Origin: Planctomycetota bacterium
Lineage (GTDB): Bacteria > Planctomycetota > Planctomycetia > Pirellulales > Pirellulaceae
Assembly: GCA_024274855.1 (NCBI GenBank)
Contig: JAJSAJ010000012.1
Span: 1 to 61,734 of the forward strand
Reading direction: 5' to 3'
DNA: 61,734 nt
Numbering within the stretch: the stretch's first letter is position 1; each line of letters opens with the position of its first letter. Made by a program: the position numbers and the translations under genes. The notes under the pieces are model-generated. The model was not told the origin of the DNA and made no database searches. It saw nothing but the letters and a program-made list of their open reading frames with translations. This document shows, in pieces, positions 50,221-60,317 of the stretch.

Positions 50221-52833
50221 ATGGCCAAGACTCCGATGATGCAGCAGTACCTGGACGCGAAAACCGCGTGTGGCGATGCGCTGTTGCTTTTCCGTATGGG
50301 TGACTTCTACGAGCTCTTCTATGAAGACGCAAAAGTCGCGGCCCGACAATTGGGTCTGACCTTGACTAGTCGCGATAAGGGGACCAACCCGATTCCGATG
50401 GCAGGGTTTCCTCATCATCAGCTCGACAGCTACTTGGCAAAGTTGATCAACCAGGGTTTTCGAGCGGCTGTCTGCGAGCAGGTCGAGGATCCGCGTCAAG
50501 CCAAGGGGCTGGTCAAACGCGAGATTACGCGAGTCGTTTCGCCAGGTACGTTGACCGACGATGCGATGCTCGACCCGCGTGAATGTAATTTCCTGGCTGC
50601 GGTCATCACGGAAACCGACAAGCCGAAGAACCAGGTGGCACGGGTTGGTATTGCCTGGGCCGAGCTATCGACAGGGCGTTTCTATGCAGCCGTGTTTCCG
50701 GCTCAGCAGCTTGCCGACGAGCTGACTCGGATCGGGCCATCCGAGTGTCTTCTGGCGGATGGCGCGGCGCCGCTGCCCGAATACCTGTGCGATGGCATGA
50801 TGGTCACAACGCGCCCCGCATGGGCGTTTTCACATGACACGGCATTGGAGAACCTGACTCGCCATTTTGAAACAGCAAATCTGGAAGGGTTTGGATTCAC
50901 TCAGCAGGATATTCCCGCGATCCAAGCCGCCGGTGCCGTGTTGGAGTACTTGCAGGAAACGCAGAAGACATCCCTCGATCACTTTGATCATCTGACTCGC
51001 TACCATGTAGGCGAGTTTCTGGAGCTTGACGAATCGACTCGGCGGTCACTAGAAATCACCCGGACCATGCGAGATGGGCGTCGAGACGGATCGCTGCTGG
51101 CAGTTATCGATTGCACGGTGTCTCCCATGGGTTCGCGACTGCTCTACGAATGGATCAGCGCGCCACGAACCGATGTGCCAGCGATCGATAGCCGGCTTGA
51201 TGCGGTCGAGCAGTTGATTGCGGCCGGCCAACTGCGAGACGAACTCCGCAAAACGCTTAAAGGCGTCTATGACATCCAGCGGCTTCTGGCACGGGTTGCC
51301 ACGGGGCGGTCCAGCCCTCGGGATCTGAGCTTCATCGGGCGGACGCTCGCCAATCTTCCGGATGTAAAACAACAGTTGTCGGACATCTCCGGAACCTTAC
51401 TCCAACAGATCGAACAACAACTCGATCCGTGCGAGGATATCCGGCTGCAGCTCGAGGCCGCATTGGTCGACGATTGCCCGTTGACCATTAAGGATGGCGG
51501 GGTCATACGCCCGGGATTTTGCGAGGAGCTGGATGGCATTCGTGAACTTGCCGCGGGGGGTAAACAATGGATCGCCCGCTATCAAGCGGCTGAAACCGAA
51601 CGTACCGGAATTCCGAACCTGAAAGTCGGATACAACAAAGTCTTCGGGTACTTCATCGAGATTACGAACGCGCAGCATGACCGGGTGCCACCCGAGTATA
51701 TTCGAAAACAGACACTCAAGAACGCCGAACGTTATATCACGCCCGAACTGAAGGAATACGAGGAGAAGGTGTTATCGGCGGACGAAAAGGCCGCTCGGCT
51801 GGAATACGACCTGTTCATGCAACTGCGAGATGTTGTTCACCGGGCCACCTCGCGCTTGCAAGCGACGGCCGACGCGCTGGCCCAAATCGATGTTCTGGCG
51901 GCACTGGCTGACCTGGCTCACCGCCACGGCTACTGTCGTCCTAAACTGGTCGAGTCCCACGTTCTGGATATTGTCGATGGGCGACATCCGGTTCTTGACA
52001 TCATCGAACCGCAGGGGACGTTCGTTCCGAACGACACGCTGACGACACCCGAAGAGGGTATGATCCTGTTGATTACCGGTCCGAACATGGCCGGCAAGAG
52101 CACGTACATCCGGCAAGTCGCCCTGCTGACCCTGATGGCTCAGATTGGAAGCTTTGTTCCCGCGAAAAAAGCGACCATCGGTGTCGCGTACCGGATCTTC
52201 GCACGCGTCGGGGCGAGCGATGAATTGACACGTGGCCAGAGCACCTTCATGGTCGAAATGACCGAAACAGCCAGGATTCTCAACGGCGCCACCGAACAGA
52301 GTCTGGTTATTCTGGATGAAATCGGACGCGGCACCAGTACCTACGATGGCCTATCGCTTGCCTGGGCGATCGTGGAGCATCTGCACAACCCGATTACCTG
52401 CCGGACTCTGTTCGCAACGCACTACCACGAACTGACGGATTTGGCGGGGACACTGGCATCAGTACGGAATATGAACGTCGCCGTTAAAGAATGGCAGGAA
52501 AATGTCGTCTTTCTGCACAAGATTGTTCCCGGCGCCGCGGACAAAAGCTACGGGATCCATGTGGCCCGCCTCGCCGGCATTCCAAACGTGGTCAATCAGC
52601 GAGCCAAGCAAATCCTGGCCCAATTGGAGGCAGAGCATCTTGACGAACAGGGCCGACCGAAAATCGGTGCCGGCCGGTCCCAGCAAACACAGGGCGATAT
52701 TCAGCTGACGCTGTTCGCGCCGATGGAACACCCGCTGCTTGACATGATCCGCCAACTTGATATCAACCGTCTGACACCGATCGATGCGTTGCAGACGATC
52801 CAGCAGTGGCAGGATGAACTGCGAGCCGACTGA
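50221..52833 (+). CDS. mutS: DNA mismatch repair protein MutS
   Basis: TPMMQQYLDAKTACGDALLLFRMGDFYELF, Walker A GPNMAGKST, and DEIGRGTSTYDG. Confidence 0.95.
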   Translation: MAKTPMMQQYLDAKTACGDALLLFRMGDFYELFYEDAKVAARQLGLTLTSRDKGTNPIPMAGFPHHQLDSYLAKLINQGFRAAVCEQVEDPRQAKGLVKREITRVVSPGTLTDDAMLDPRECNFLAAVITETDKPKNQVARVGIAWAELSTGRFYAAVFPAQQLADELTRIGPSECLLADGAAPLPEYLCDGMMVTTRPAWAFSHDTALENLTRHFETANLEGFGFTQQDIPAIQAAGAVLEYLQETQKTSLDHFDHLTRYHVGEFLELDESTRRSLEITRTMRDGRRDGSLLAVIDCTVSPMGSRLLYEWISAPRTDVPAIDSRLDAVEQLIAAGQLRDELRKTLKGVYDIQRLLARVATGRSSPRDLSFIGRTLANLPDVKQQLSDISGTLLQQIEQQLDPCEDIRLQLEAALVDDCPLTIKDGGVIRPGFCEELDGIRELAAGGKQWIARYQAAETERTGIPNLKVGYNKVFGYFIEITNAQHDRVPPEYIRKQTLKNAERYITPELKEYEEKVLSADEKAARLEYDLFMQLRDVVHRATSRLQATADALAQIDVLAALADLAHRHGYCRPKLVESHVLDIVDGRHPVLDIIEPQGTFVPNDTLTTPEEGMILLITGPNMAGKSTYIRQVALLTLMAQIGSFVPAKKATIGVAYRIFARVGASDELTRGQSTFMVEMTETARILNGATEQSLVILDEIGRGTSTYDGLSLAWAIVEHLHNPITCRTLFATHYHELTDLAGTLASVRNMNVAVKEWQENVVFLHKIVPGAADKSYGIHVARLAGIPNVVNQRAKQILAQLEAEHLDEQGRPKIGAGRSQQTQGDIQLTLFAPMEHPLLDMIRQLDINRLTPIDALQTIQQWQDELRAD

Positions 52834-52844
52834 GGGTGTTTGGG

Positions 52845-54064
52845 CTAGACGCCCGTGTGTTCGGTACGAGTGATGATTTCGTCCTGCAACTCACTGGATA
52901 GGTCACAGAAGTAGTCGCTGTACCCGGCCACTCGGACGATCAATCCACGGTAGGACTCTGGATTCGCCTGGGCCTTTCGAAGGGTTTCGGCCCATCGGAT
53001 CCGTCGGCAAGCAAACCGGCGAGGTTGATATTCGCGAAGTCGGTATACGTACCGCTTTCCGCTGCCGTAACGCCTACCTTCGGGGGCGCCGGATGGTTAT
53101 TGAACTTGATGAAGAACATCTCGAGCGTCTCCTTGGCCGCATCCCGCGTCAAGGTGCCGTTGTTCAGCCCCTTGATGTAAAACGGAAGCAGGTGCTGATC
53201 GAGATGCCCTGGGCTGAACGCATCCCATCCATTCAGTTCAGTGATCACGGCAAGATGGTAGAACCAATAGCTTTGCAATGCCTCGTGGAAATCACGGGGG
53301 GCATGGGCTGGTACGTGACGGCAGACAGAAGCGATTCTGTTCAGTTCAGCTTTTCGAGCGGGGTCTTGTTCATTGGCTGCTTTCCGATCGGCCAACTCGG
53401 CGTGCCGCTCGGCGAATAAAATGATCGCATCGCATGCGATGCCCATTGCCTTCAGTTCTTCGCGTTTGGAATACGATTCGGCGTCACTCAGCAGATCCAA
53501 TGCAGCAATCGAAGCCGCGATATCCTGTTTGAAATCAACGGCCCCTTTTCGGTAGATTTTGTCGTCCAATACTGTGTGCCCGGGCGCTCGCTGTTCCATG
53601 AACTCCGTAAACACGCCTGCCTCGTAGGCACTACACCATTCGGTCGCCATTGAATTCAGGATTTTGTCGCGCATACTCCGACCACGCCAGAATGGGATTA
53701 CCTTTTTCTCGTATTCGCGCAAGCATGCATCGGGGCAGACGTATCGAGTTTTTTCGCGTGTATCGAGGATCTCCAGGTCTTGCAGTGTGTGGCAGGTCAG
53801 TTCCGGATAGGTTGGAACGGCCTTCGGATACGGACCTCGTTCACCAACAATCAATTCATCATCGCCCAGATAGATTGTTTTGTGCTGGCACAGGTGATGA
53901 AACGACTTGGCTCGCAGGACGGGAACCGACAGCCTGTCATGGTTTGAACGGTAGAAATCAGTCAACAGACTAGCCCGCTCGTGCGACAGCGTGGGGACTG
54001 CATCCAAACTTAGGCGTCTCAGTCGATCATTTCTTTCCGTCATGGCGTCGTCCCTTTTCCTCAT
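52845..54064 (-). pseudogene. Glycyl radical enzyme (PFL2/glycerol-dehydratase-like) remnant with a large internal deletion
   Basis: About 355 N-terminal codons are typical of GREs. A +1 frame then encodes [48 protein letters not shown]-stop, which is the glycyl radical motif. The central catalytic barrel is missing. Confidence 0.75.
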
Positions 54065-54196
54065 CTGACATTCTGAAAACTATCCAGGCAGGTGTCCCAT
54101 CGATCGAATAAGGTAGTCGTTCACGGGGGTTTTCGTCAGCCAGCGCGTTAGCACCGGAGTTTTCCTCGATTTCCCACACGCCCGATTTATCATTAG

Positions 54197-54310
54197 TCAT
54201 TTGACATTACTCATTTATCATCGAGAGAGGTAGCGCAGCGGGGTCATACTCTTTCCAGTGACAAATGATAGCTGCCAACTGACAAATCCCAAATGACAAA
54301 TGATAAATGA
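54197..54310. repeat. AT-rich cluster of TGACAAATGA-type short repeats with inverted partners
   Basis: TGACAAAT occurs at 54259, 54280 and 54294. TCATTTGACA at 54197 and TCATTTATCAT at 54211 are reverse complements of this motif and of ATGATAAATGA at 54300. Confidence 0.4.
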
Positions 54311-54551
54311 CCACTGCCCCTCCACGCATTCTCGCCGTGAACGGTTACCGAATAAGTTCGTCCACGAGTGTGTACCGTGGCGGCGCAAGTCCCGTCGATT
54401 CCGGACGTTGCCACGGTGCTTGGGTGTCTTTCCCTGGGGCTGCCCTGTCTGTCCAGCGTTTCGCGATCTGGACGCCGAGCATTCCAGTCGTTCAGCCACC
54501 GACCAGCGTATGGAGTCCCGCGGCGCGGAAGACGGCCAACGCATTGTTGAT

Positions 54552-55513
54552 TTACAACTCGGTAATCCGGTTCGTGCCCCACGCTGTTTGCTCACAAGCC
54601 TCATCGAGTACTTTTTCCGTTCCCAAGACATGATAGGGCAGCAAATTGACTTGTTGGATACTGGGGGTCGAGGCGACGAGTTGAGCAATCGCCGCAAGTT
54701 GCTCGGTCTTCAGATTCACGCCGGGTACCAACGGAACTCGCACCCATATACGGGCATGCATGTCCGCCAATTTGGCCAGGTTGGACAGGATCAGCCGGTT
54801 CGAAACGGCCGTATAGCGTTGATGCTCGACGTCGTCCACGGTCTTGATGTCGTAAAGAAAGAGATCGACCCACGGAGCAACGTTACGTAGTGTTCCCAAG
54901 GCGCATAGCCAGATGTGTCCAGTGCCGTATGAACATCCTCGGCGCGAAGTGCCTTGAGAAGATCGAGTGTGAACTCAGGTTGTGCCAGGGGTTCGCCGCC
55001 CGATAGTGTGACACCGCCTCCCGATTGGTCGAAAAACAATCGGTCTCGAAGAACTTCATCAAGCACTTCGCGGGTCGTAATCTCTTGCCCAATGATCTGT
55101 CTCGCGCCGGCCGGGCAATTGTCCACACAGGTTCCGCAGAGTGTGCAGCAGAAGGGTCCGTCCAGGACCATATCTGTATGACTAGCGTCAAAGACTGTTA
55201 AGTTCTTGGCCAAGTTCCAGTGACCAACGGAAGCGGGCGATGGAGGCCCCGGGCGGTAGCTTGGATTTGGTTGGCGGCCCTGCCGCCCTGGGCTGCGTTC
55301 GGGACAGATCTCGATACACTCGCCGCACTCGAGGCATTGAGCTTCATTCACACGTGGTTCGGCAATCGACGATCGGCTCTCCGGGTTGTGGCACCACGGG
55401 CAGCGCAGCGGACACCCTTTCAGAAACACGGTTGTCCGAATACCGGGTCCATCGTGCAGCGAATATCGCTGGATATTGAAGATCAGGCCCTGGTGGTTTG
55501 GTTCCATAAGCAA
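54552..55513 (-). pseudogene. Glycyl-radical enzyme activating protein (radical SAM), frameshifted
   Basis: CPLRCPWCHNPE radical-SAM cluster motif and ferredoxin-like Cys clusters. ...DTSGYAPWEHYVTLL continues as PWVDLFLYDIKTVDD...LLPYH in another frame, consistent with a 1-nt loss in CTCC(C)G near 54874-54877. Confidence 0.75.
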
Positions 55514-55588
55514 CGTGGCTCGACTTTGACTGACCCTTTCGGCGCCGACTCAATAAACAGGAATTCGCCCGGACAGCCCCGACGTTTG

Positions 55589-57919
55589 TTACCGGAGAAT
55601 ATGAAACAGGTTACTATATTTGTCAGTCCAAACTCGGATTTCCGGACCGGGCAACGTGACACGAGTTGCCGCATCCTGGATGGCAGTGTTCTCCAGTAAC
55701 GTTGTGTGGCGTGTAACCAGCACCCATTGTGAGCCGGCATCTCCTACGCCACCGTCGTCCTTCGCATCGATCTCGACCGCTCGCATTTTATAGTGATCTG
55801 CCAGCAAGGCAACAATCGGAACTAAATTCAGGTGTCGATTACTTGTGTGAACGGCGATCACACCCTCCGGGCGAAGATGACGCAAGTATTCGCCAAAGGC
55901 TTCGACGGTCAGCAAATGAGCGGGAATGGCGTCTCCACTAAACGCGGCGATCGCCAGGACATGGTAATTCTGGGGCGTTTCGTGTTCGAGAGACAATCTC
56001 GCGTCACCCGGAATGATGTCAACATCAGCGGGACACTCCTTCAAGTACGTGAAGTACTGTTTGGAAATGTCGATCACTTGAGGATTGATCTCATAGAATC
56101 GATAGAGATCGTTTTTCCGGCCGTAGACCGAGATGGCCCCTGAGCCAAGCCCAATTGTTCCAACCCGAATTGCGTCAATTCGCGAGAAGTAATTAAGCGC
56201 CAACCCGATGCCGCTTGCTTTGTGATAATACGTGCAAGCTTCACGCTGCCGATTGGGCTGTAAGAACTGCAATCCATGTAGAATACGACCGTTATAGAGC
56301 AGTCGTCGCCAGTCCGCATCGTCCGGCCCGTCCCACTCGACAACTCGTAACACACCGTAGAAACTGCGGCATGCGGCAATCTCTCTTGAATTCTTGGAAG
56401 ACCGCGTCGAAGGCCATGTTCCGAAAACAACAAAGGCCAGTATCGCGAGCACGCCGATCGGAATGGCCGCGCTGAATCCTGCCGAGCAGATGCGAATCAG
56501 TCTCTTGCAACCGGTCGAGAAACGGCCATTCCCGCTGCTTGACCGTCGTTCTTTTTTCGAGCTGTATTGGCTTTGTAACGCGTCTTCTGTGTGCTTCGAG
56601 CACTCGCCGTGTTCGCACATCTGCTCAGCGGCCAACGGAATGACCGCAAGTGCCGGCGTGGTTTCTTTCTGGGTGCGGCTTTGTCGCCACCGAGACCACC
56701 GCCAGTGCAGCAAGACGTAGCTGGCCAATAGGGCGCCGGCCAGTAGTGTGATGCTCACTTCCCGATAGGATTGAAACACCTTGGGACAGATCAGTGCGAC
56801 GAAGACACCTCCCAGGGCACCGCCGGCGGCGATCATCAAATAGAAAGCTGTCAAATGGCTTGTACCTGGTTTACCCCGGACCAATTCACCGTGGCACAAC
56901 ATGCAAACGAGGAACAAGACGGCCAGGTAAAGCCCCAATTCCAATTGCAGGCTCTTGAGGAAATCCGGAATCTTATAGTCAATGTGCAACAGGGACAGGT
57001 ACGGCTGGACTTCGGTCCTCTTCAAGATGGCACAGATCATGCCGATTGCCAACAACGCCAGGACGGCCGTAATGCGGGGACGATACCACCGTTCGCTGTC
57101 AAAACAGATAATGAATGTCAGCAAATACAGGCTCAGCGGAGCGACCCATAGGAATGGAACGACAGCCACGTCTTGGCAAATCTGATTCGTTACCGCCAAC
57201 AATGCCGTCGACCCGACCGCCGGCAACACGAGCCACCACAGATAGTTCCAGATGGAAGGCTTTACAACTGCGTGACCGTCCGCGTCCGTCTCGTCCTCGC
57301 CGCTCGTTCTGCTCAGGTTCAACCGCAGCATAAGGAGAGCCAGCGTTCCACTGAGAACCACAAACAGAACGAACAGCCACGACCAAATGCGACCCTGCTC
57401 CGGACTCGACAAGGTTGGTTCCACGACAAATGGGTAAGCGAAAAGGGCCGCTAACGACCCAACGTTCGACAATGCATACAGTCGATAAGGCGACCGCCCC
57501 ACAAAGACGCGACCAAACCACGCTTGGAGTCAAGGCGATGATGCGGCGAGCAAGAAATAGGGCAGTCCAACACTGGCGGCTAGAAGCAACAGGATACGAA
57601 CCTGAGGATGGCTACCGTCCATTGGTTTCCATTCCGGACCGGGTGTGATCGGCAGGACCACCAGAGCGACAAGGAGCAATGCAAGGTGAACCGCGCCTTG
57701 CACGCGAGTATTTCGGATCCGATCCAGCAGATGGGCGTACCCATATCCGGCCAACAAGAATACCTGGAAGAACAGCATGGCGGTTGTCCAGACCGCCGGA
57801 CTGCCGCCAAACCAGGGCAAGATCATCTTGCTGATCATCGGCTGAACTAAAAACAAAAGGAGCGCGCTAAACAACACGGTTACCGCAAACCAACCGGAGA
57901 TTCCGATTTTCGATTGCAT
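55589..57919 (-). CDS. Spermidine-synthase-like (aminopropyltransferase fold) protein fused to a polytopic membrane domain; in-frame TGA at 57530-57532
   Basis: The C-terminal domain VGTIGLGSGAISVYG...YEINPQVIDISKQYF...AFSGDAIPAHLLTVEAF is SpeE-like. The N-terminal TM region reads ...LPYFLLAASSP*LQAWFGRVFVGRSPYRLYALSN in one frame. Confidence 0.7.
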
Positions 57920-58024
57920 TATAATCGGTCCATTTTGCAATTTGGATAACGCGATGACGCGATGCGGCCGTCACTCCCCGCAAACGTTTTCGCCTCGCCG
58001 CAGGGGTGGGCTTTGTCCTGAAAC

Positions 58025-58095
58025 GGGAGGGCGAGGCTCCTGCCGAGCCATTCTGGCCAACAAAACAAGAGGCTCAGCAGGAGCTTCGCCCTCCC
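58025..58095. repeat. REP-like long hairpin (25-nt arms, 23/25 complementary, 21-nt loop); possible terminator of the galU-kinase operon
   Basis: The arms are GGGAGGGCGAGGCTCCTGCCGAGCC and GGCTCAGCAGGAGCTTCGCCCTCCC, with a 21-nt loop between them. The right arm recurs at 5037-5061 and 34288-34312. Confidence 0.6.
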
Positions 58096-58129
58096 GGAAA
58101 CACTGTTTCTCCGGGCTCTGCGGCAGAGC

Positions 58130-59161
58130 CTAGTTTTCAACCGTCCCCGCGTCCGGAGGGGCGACCTCCGGCTTCAGCACGCGGCACCGAATGGCCTTCA
58201 GTTCACGTTGCAAGTTTGCAAACATCGATTCGTCTTCGTAGGTTCCTAGAATCGCACCACCCGAGCCAGCAAACTTGGCTGACGCCCCCACTCGCCGAGC
58301 CGCCTCGACCATCGCGATCTGGGAATCGGGCAATCGGCTGATCTGTCGTCGCGTGTCGAAGTTCTCGTTGATCAACGGGCTCAGTTTCTCGGGTTCTCCG
58401 GCGAGCAGTGCCTCATGGCCCATCCGCGCCAAGTGAGCGAACTTTTCCATCGCGGCGATAACTTCCGGTTCTCCTTGCTCGTACCGAGCACGGAGGTTGT
58501 TATGAAAGACCTCGGTCGGCTCACCAATGTCCGTGCAGTAGGCCACATAGAGTGGTGGAAGTAGGGTCGGATCCATGGGTACATAAGTTCCGCACCACAG
58601 CCCCTCCTGCAAAGTCATCTTTTCGTACGAAAAGTCCATGAAGACAACCCCTTCGTAGACTTGGATCACGCGATCCTGCAGGCCGGCGGTGATTCCAAGT
58701 TCTTGCGTTTCGATAGCCAGTACGAATGAAGGAAGCAGCGTCTTGGGGATCGTCACGTGATAGAAGTCCATCAGGGCGCGTAGCGTTGCCACAATGATGG
58801 CACTAGAACCGGCCATTCCAACCTGACGCGGGATATTCGTGGCATAGCGAATCGAAAAAGTGCGATCGTGCAGACAGTCCCGCTCTTTGAAATACTCGAT
58901 AAACCTCTTGATCGTCGCCTTAACCAGGCGAATACCACCGTAGTATCCGTGCAACTTGACGTCTCGGACAAGATCGTCCGCTGACGCGAATCGGCTTCGA
59001 TCTTCTTTCGTAACAACAATCTCCACTTCATCCCACTCGTATAATACGGCCTCGGCATAGTAGTTGCGGAGAATCAGCGATATGGTCTTGCCGTGGTAGC
59101 CGTCAGACGGGTTTCCCAAAAGGCCGGCCCGTGCGTACGCCCGGCAGCGAATGATCTCCAT
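58130..59161 (-). CDS. GHMP-family sugar kinase, glucuronokinase-like
   Basis: GLLGNPSDGYHGKTISL, YYGGIRL, NIPRQVGMAGSSAI (GHMP motif II), GLQDRVIQVYEGVVFMDF and AKFAGSGGA. The start overlaps the galU stop (TGATG). Confidence 0.7.
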   Translation of the reverse strand: MEIIRCRAYARAGLLGNPSDGYHGKTISLILRNYYAEAVLYEWDEVEIVVTKEDRSRFASADDLVRDVKLHGYYGGIRLVKATIKRFIEYFKERDCLHDRTFSIRYATNIPRQVGMAGSSAIIVATLRALMDFYHVTIPKTLLPSFVLAIETQELGITAGLQDRVIQVYEGVVFMDFSYEKMTLQEGLWCGTYVPMDPTLLPPLYVAYCTDIGEPTEVFHNNLRARYEQGEPEVIAAMEKFAHLARMGHEALLAGEPEKLSPLINENFDTRRQISRLPDSQIAMVEAARRVGASAKFAGSGGAILGTYEDESMFANLQRELKAIRCRVLKPEVAPPDAGTVEN

Positions 59162-60054
59162 CACGTCTCCTCTCGATCCAGCAATTGGCGGACAAAGCTC
59201 CTGAGTGACGCGCCGTACTCCGGATCGCTCATCGCGAACTCGGCGAATGTCCGGAAGTAGCTGTCAAAGTTACCGATATCGAAGCGTCGTTCCGTCTTGC
59301 TTAGCGTCACACCGAGCCCCTTGCAGCCGCCGTCGAGCATCAGGCTGATTGCATCGGTCAGTTGCAGTTCACCCCCCTTGCCCGGTTTGATTCGAGTCAG
59401 TGCGTCGAAAATCGCCGGACTGAAGACATAGCGAGCGGCGACGGCCAAGTTGCTTGGCGCTTCTTCCCGGCTCGGCTTCTCAACCAATTTCTCCAGTTGA
59501 AACACTTCGCTCACTTCTCCCGCCGGTTGCGCGATGCCATAGTGCACGACTTCCTCGGGTGCAACCTCCTCGAAGGCCACAACAACGTCCGCGTGGTTCG
59601 ATTCGAACTGGCTGATCATCCGCCGAACAATATCGGATTGGGCATGCAGGCCAATGATCGAATCGCCCAGAGCGACCACGAACGGCTGGCTACCGATCAG
59701 CGGTCGGGCGCACAAGACGGCGTGGCCAAGTCCTAACTGGCGGCGTTGTCGCGTATAAAAATACTCCATGTTCAAACGTTCGAACTCGAGTGCTTTCAAT
59801 TGCTCTTCACGTCCCGTCTCGCGCAGGTAACCGCCCAATTGTTCGTCAAAATCGAAGTGCTGTTCGATCGATGCCTTGCCATGCGACGTGATAAACAACA
59901 GACGCTGGATCCCCGACAAGCCAAGCTCTTCGACAACATATTGGACAACCGGTTTGCGTCCAACAGAAAGCATCTCTTTCGGCTGGCTCTTCGTTGCCGG
60001 CAGCAACCGAGTTCCGTGGCCGGCCACCGGCACAACTGCAATATCAATACTCAT
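59161..60054 (-). CDS. galU: UTP--glucose-1-phosphate uridylyltransferase
   Basis: AVVPVAGHGTRLLPATKSQPKEML is the N-terminal nucleotidyltransferase motif. 297 aa. AGGAA RBS. Confidence 0.9.
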   Translation of the reverse strand: MSIDIAVVPVAGHGTRLLPATKSQPKEMLSVGRKPVVQYVVEELGLSGIQRLLFITSHGKASIEQHFDFDEQLGGYLRETGREEQLKALEFERLNMEYFYTRQRRQLGLGHAVLCARPLIGSQPFVVALGDSIIGLHAQSDIVRRMISQFESNHADVVVAFEEVAPEEVVHYGIAQPAGEVSEVFQLEKLVEKPSREEAPSNLAVAARYVFSPAIFDALTRIKPGKGGELQLTDAISLMLDGGCKGLGVTLSKTERRFDIGNFDSYFRTFAEFAMSDPEYGASLRSFVRQLLDREET

Positions 60055-60317
60055 CGATTCCTGATTCCTTACTCAAGTTACCAAACGCGGCAAGACGCGA
60101 GTAACAATACTGCATTACATTCAACGCGTCACACAACCGTCCCCATGGAGCGACTTCCTGCGTTTCTTCGACGGGCCAAAGCCCCGTCTCGACCCACATC
60201 TGATCGTCGGGCCTGTCCCGGCGGAAGAGATGACGATGTGAATACGGACAAGAGCCGACGTGCGCGCATTCTGTACGGACGCTCCGTTAGAGTTTTCGAC
60301 GTTCCTGCACACCGTAT

